A stretch of 64,000 nucleotides of DNA from an uncultured Eubacteriales bacterium (GTDB lineage Bacteria; Bacillota; Clostridia; Christensenellales; CAG-138), in contig UQXE01000004.1 of the NCBI GenBank assembly GCA_900544965.1, positions 2,923 through 66,922 on the forward strand, in the 5' to 3' direction. Under the pieces are notes generated by a model, which did no database searches, was not told the DNA's origin, and saw only the letters and a list, made by a program, of their open reading frames with translations. Shown in pieces: positions 61,920-64,000 of this stretch. The position numbers and the translations under genes are program-made. Position 1 is the stretch's first letter. The number at the start of each line of letters is the position of its first letter.

Positions 61920-64000
61920 TTTCCAGAAAACCTTCACCTTATGATTCTTACCATCATCAATGAGAAGTATTTTTTCGGTCCTTTGGCCATCCATCTCCAT
62001 AGCGTATTTTGAGGCTTTTTCAGCGGTAATTTCATATAGGCTTTTTCCAAACCTGTATTTTATTTCGAATTTTTCATATGGAACGCATGGTTTTAAGTAT
62101 AGTTCGTTTCCGACTTTTTTTAAGCCAAGCATATATTCAAGGCCGGCTTGATACATCCAGCTGGCGGCTCCAGTATACCAGGTCCATCCTGATCTGCCGG
62201 CGTTTCTCCCTACGCTGTATATATCCCCAGCCGCCACATAGGGTTCGGCCTTATACTTATTAGCCAGCGTTTCCTGACTGGTATGGTCTATTGGATTTAG
62301 CGTTTTAAACAGCTTCATCGCGCGGTCGGGCTGAGTTAGCATACAGGCTGCTATCACCGCCCACGCTCCCGCATGGGTGTATTGCCCTCCGTTTTCACGA
62401 ACGCCTGGCAGATAGGACTGAATATAACCCATATCCCTTTCAGGAGCATTAAAAGGAGGGGATAGTAGCTTTATAACGCCATTTTCCTCATCTACCAGCA
62501 GGCTATCCAATGATTCCATAGCTTCCGCGCCATGAGCGGCCTTGTTAAACACGGACCAGGACTGCGAAATGCAATCAATAGAACACTGCTCGTTTTCATG
62601 GGAGCCAAGCGGCGTACCGTCAAAAAGGAACGCCCTTTTGTACCATGAGCCATCCCAACCGTGCGCTTCAATGGCTGACCTCAGATTACCGGCATACCCG
62701 GTGAACTCGGCAGCGGTTTCAGAATCCCGTTTACAACTGCATAGAGGGATAAATCGTTCAAGTATATATAGCAAAAACCAGCCAAGCCACACGCTCTCAC
62801 CGCCGTTTTCACCAACAAGATCCATTCCGTCGTTCCAATCCCCACCTTCCATGAGGGGAAGCCCATGTTCACCCGTTCTCATGGAGCGCCTAATGGCACG
62901 AAGGCAGTGATCATATAGAGTACCTGAGATATCAGATACTATTACGGGATCCATAAACCGTTCGGTTTTTCCATCTTCAATCGGAACATCCGCAAGATAC
63001 GGCGCCACTTCGTCTAATATTGCCATATCATTGGTTACCTCAAGATATTTAAGCAAGGAATACGGCAGGAACAACCTATCGTCGCTGAACATTGTTCTTA
63101 TTCCAGCGCCTCCTTCATGCCACCAGTGCAATACATCGCCAGCTTCAAACTGTTTTGAAGCACACAATAGTATATGTTCACGGGCTATCTCAGGCTCCGT
63201 CATAAGCAGCGCCAGAGTATCCTGCAGCTGATCCCTAAAGCCGAAAGCCCCGCTGCATTGATAATAGCCGGTGCGTCCCATCAGGCGGCTGGAAAGCACC
63301 TGATACAGCAAATGCCCGTTCATTATAAGGTCAAAAGCGGGATCGCCCGTTTTTACCTCTATATGCCCTAGCCGCAGACTCCAACTGCGCTTTACGGCGT
63401 TTAGGCGTGATTGTACATAGGAAGGAACGGATTCCTTTACGGCTTTATGTATATTTTCCTCCGTATCCTGCCCAAGCATTAGGATTAATTCCCTGCTCTC
63501 ACCCGCTTCAAGCGTAATACGGGTTCTGAGCGCTGAAAAACCTCCCAATCCCAGTCCGCATTTCTTATTCAGCGCTTCCTTATGCCATCCGGCGTTTAAA
63601 ATAAAGCTTCTGTCCGAGGAATATTCCGCATCGCTGTTAGGCATTGCAATATAGGCAAATTCATTTCCATCCCCGTCTTGTCTGAGGTTTGAGGCCACAA
63701 GGACGCCGTTTCTATATTCGGTTAATATGGCCTCCGGGTGCTGTATAGCGCCCAGCACCCATTCAGCGCCATAAAGAATATCTATATTTCTTCGGCGCAT
63801 CATCGGGTTGGCCAGCTCTATGACGGTGTATTTTACAGGCTTGTTATGGTCTACAAATACCGTCATATTCTGTCTGAGTTCCAATGTTGAGGAACCATAT
63901 ACGGTATATCCGAAACCATACCTAACGGTGCATTCCGAATCCCGTTGAAGGGGACCGGCCGTTATAGTCCATGATTCGCCCGTATCTGCGTCTGTCAATA
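61917..64000 (-). CDS. GH94-like glycoside phosphorylase (cellobiose/chitobiose/beta-1,2-oligoglucan phosphorylase family), C-terminal part; N-terminus beyond window end
   Basis: The frame stays open to the window edge. The motifs GFRDQLQD, HWWH and GGDWND resemble the (alpha/alpha)6 catalytic domain of this family. Confidence 0.6.
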   Translation of the reverse strand, partial: LTDADTGESWTITAGPLQRDSECTVRYGFGYTVYGSSTLELRQNMTVFVDHNKPVKYTVIELANPMMRRRNIDILYGAEWVLGAIQHPEAILTEYRNGVLVASNLRQDGDGNEFAYIAMPNSDAEYSSDRSFILNAGWHKEALNKKCGLGLGGFSALRTRITLEAGESRELILMLGQDTEENIHKAVKESVPSYVQSRLNAVKRSWSLRLGHIEVKTGDPAFDLIMNGHLLYQVLSSRLMGRTGYYQCSGAFGFRDQLQDTLALLMTEPEIAREHILLCASKQFEAGDVLHWWHEGGAGIRTMFSDDRLFLPYSLLKYLEVTNDMAILDEVAPYLADVPIEDGKTERFMDPVIVSDISGTLYDHCLRAIRRSMRTGEHGLPLMEGGDWNDGMDLVGENGGESVWLGWFLLYILERFIPLCSCKRDSETAAEFTGYAGNLRSAIEAHGWDGSWYKRAFLFDGTPLGSHENEQCSIDCISQSWSVFNKAAHGAEAMESLDSLLVDEENGVIKLLSPPFNAPERDMGYIQSYLPGVRENGGQYTHAGAWAVIAACMLTQPDRAMKLFKTLNPIDHTSQETLANKYKAEPYVAAGDIYSVGRNAGRSGWTWYTGAASWMYQAGLEYMLGLKKVGNELYLKPCVPYEKFEIKYRFGKSLYEITAEKASKYAMEMDGQRTEKILLIDDGKNHKVKVFWK

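Overview
This window looks like core chromosome from a Gram-positive, spore-forming Clostridia-type bacterium. That placement is an inference from gene content: a SpoIID-like fragment, a THF riboswitch close to the Eubacterium siraeum type, and cohesin/dockerin modules. Coding density is high and most genes are housekeeping. They include serA-serC, arcA, glyQS, ogg, a complete type II fatty-acid synthesis cluster (fabT-fabH-acpP-fabK-fabD-fabG-fabF-accB-fabZ-accC-accD-accA) followed by a DegV gene, mreC-mreD-PBP2, dnaG-rpoD, a type IIA topoisomerase pair (probably parE/parC), and rqcH. I found no rRNA, tRNA, CRISPR array, intact mobile element or recognisable defence system. The less ordinary content is listed here. 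(1) At 33.0-38.4 kb, an ArsR-family regulator with a long unknown N-terminal domain is divergent from a 1302-aa secreted protein. That protein carries three propeller-like modules, Big_2, cohesin, a Listeria-Bacteroides-type repeat and a dockerin. Two of the modules form a 738-bp tandem DNA duplication whose core looks perfectly identical by eye. (2) A DUF4358 lipoprotein, an MBOAT and a DHHW protein form an apparent operon. (3) A THF riboswitch with a terminator precedes folT. (4) A structured leader of unknown class precedes a DUF204 (MntP/YtaF-like) gene. (5) A decayed transposase remnant and an AT-rich decayed ORF are present. (6) An internally duplicated DUF1538 membrane protein is coupled to a fused double PII-like protein. 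(7) A leaderless two-domain DUF11 protein is present. (8) An SSB-like protein with two OB folds is present. All functional calls rest on reading the translated ORFs and on motif recall, not on database searches. I cannot point to one clearly novel system. The ArsR/cohesin-dockerin locus is my best candidate.
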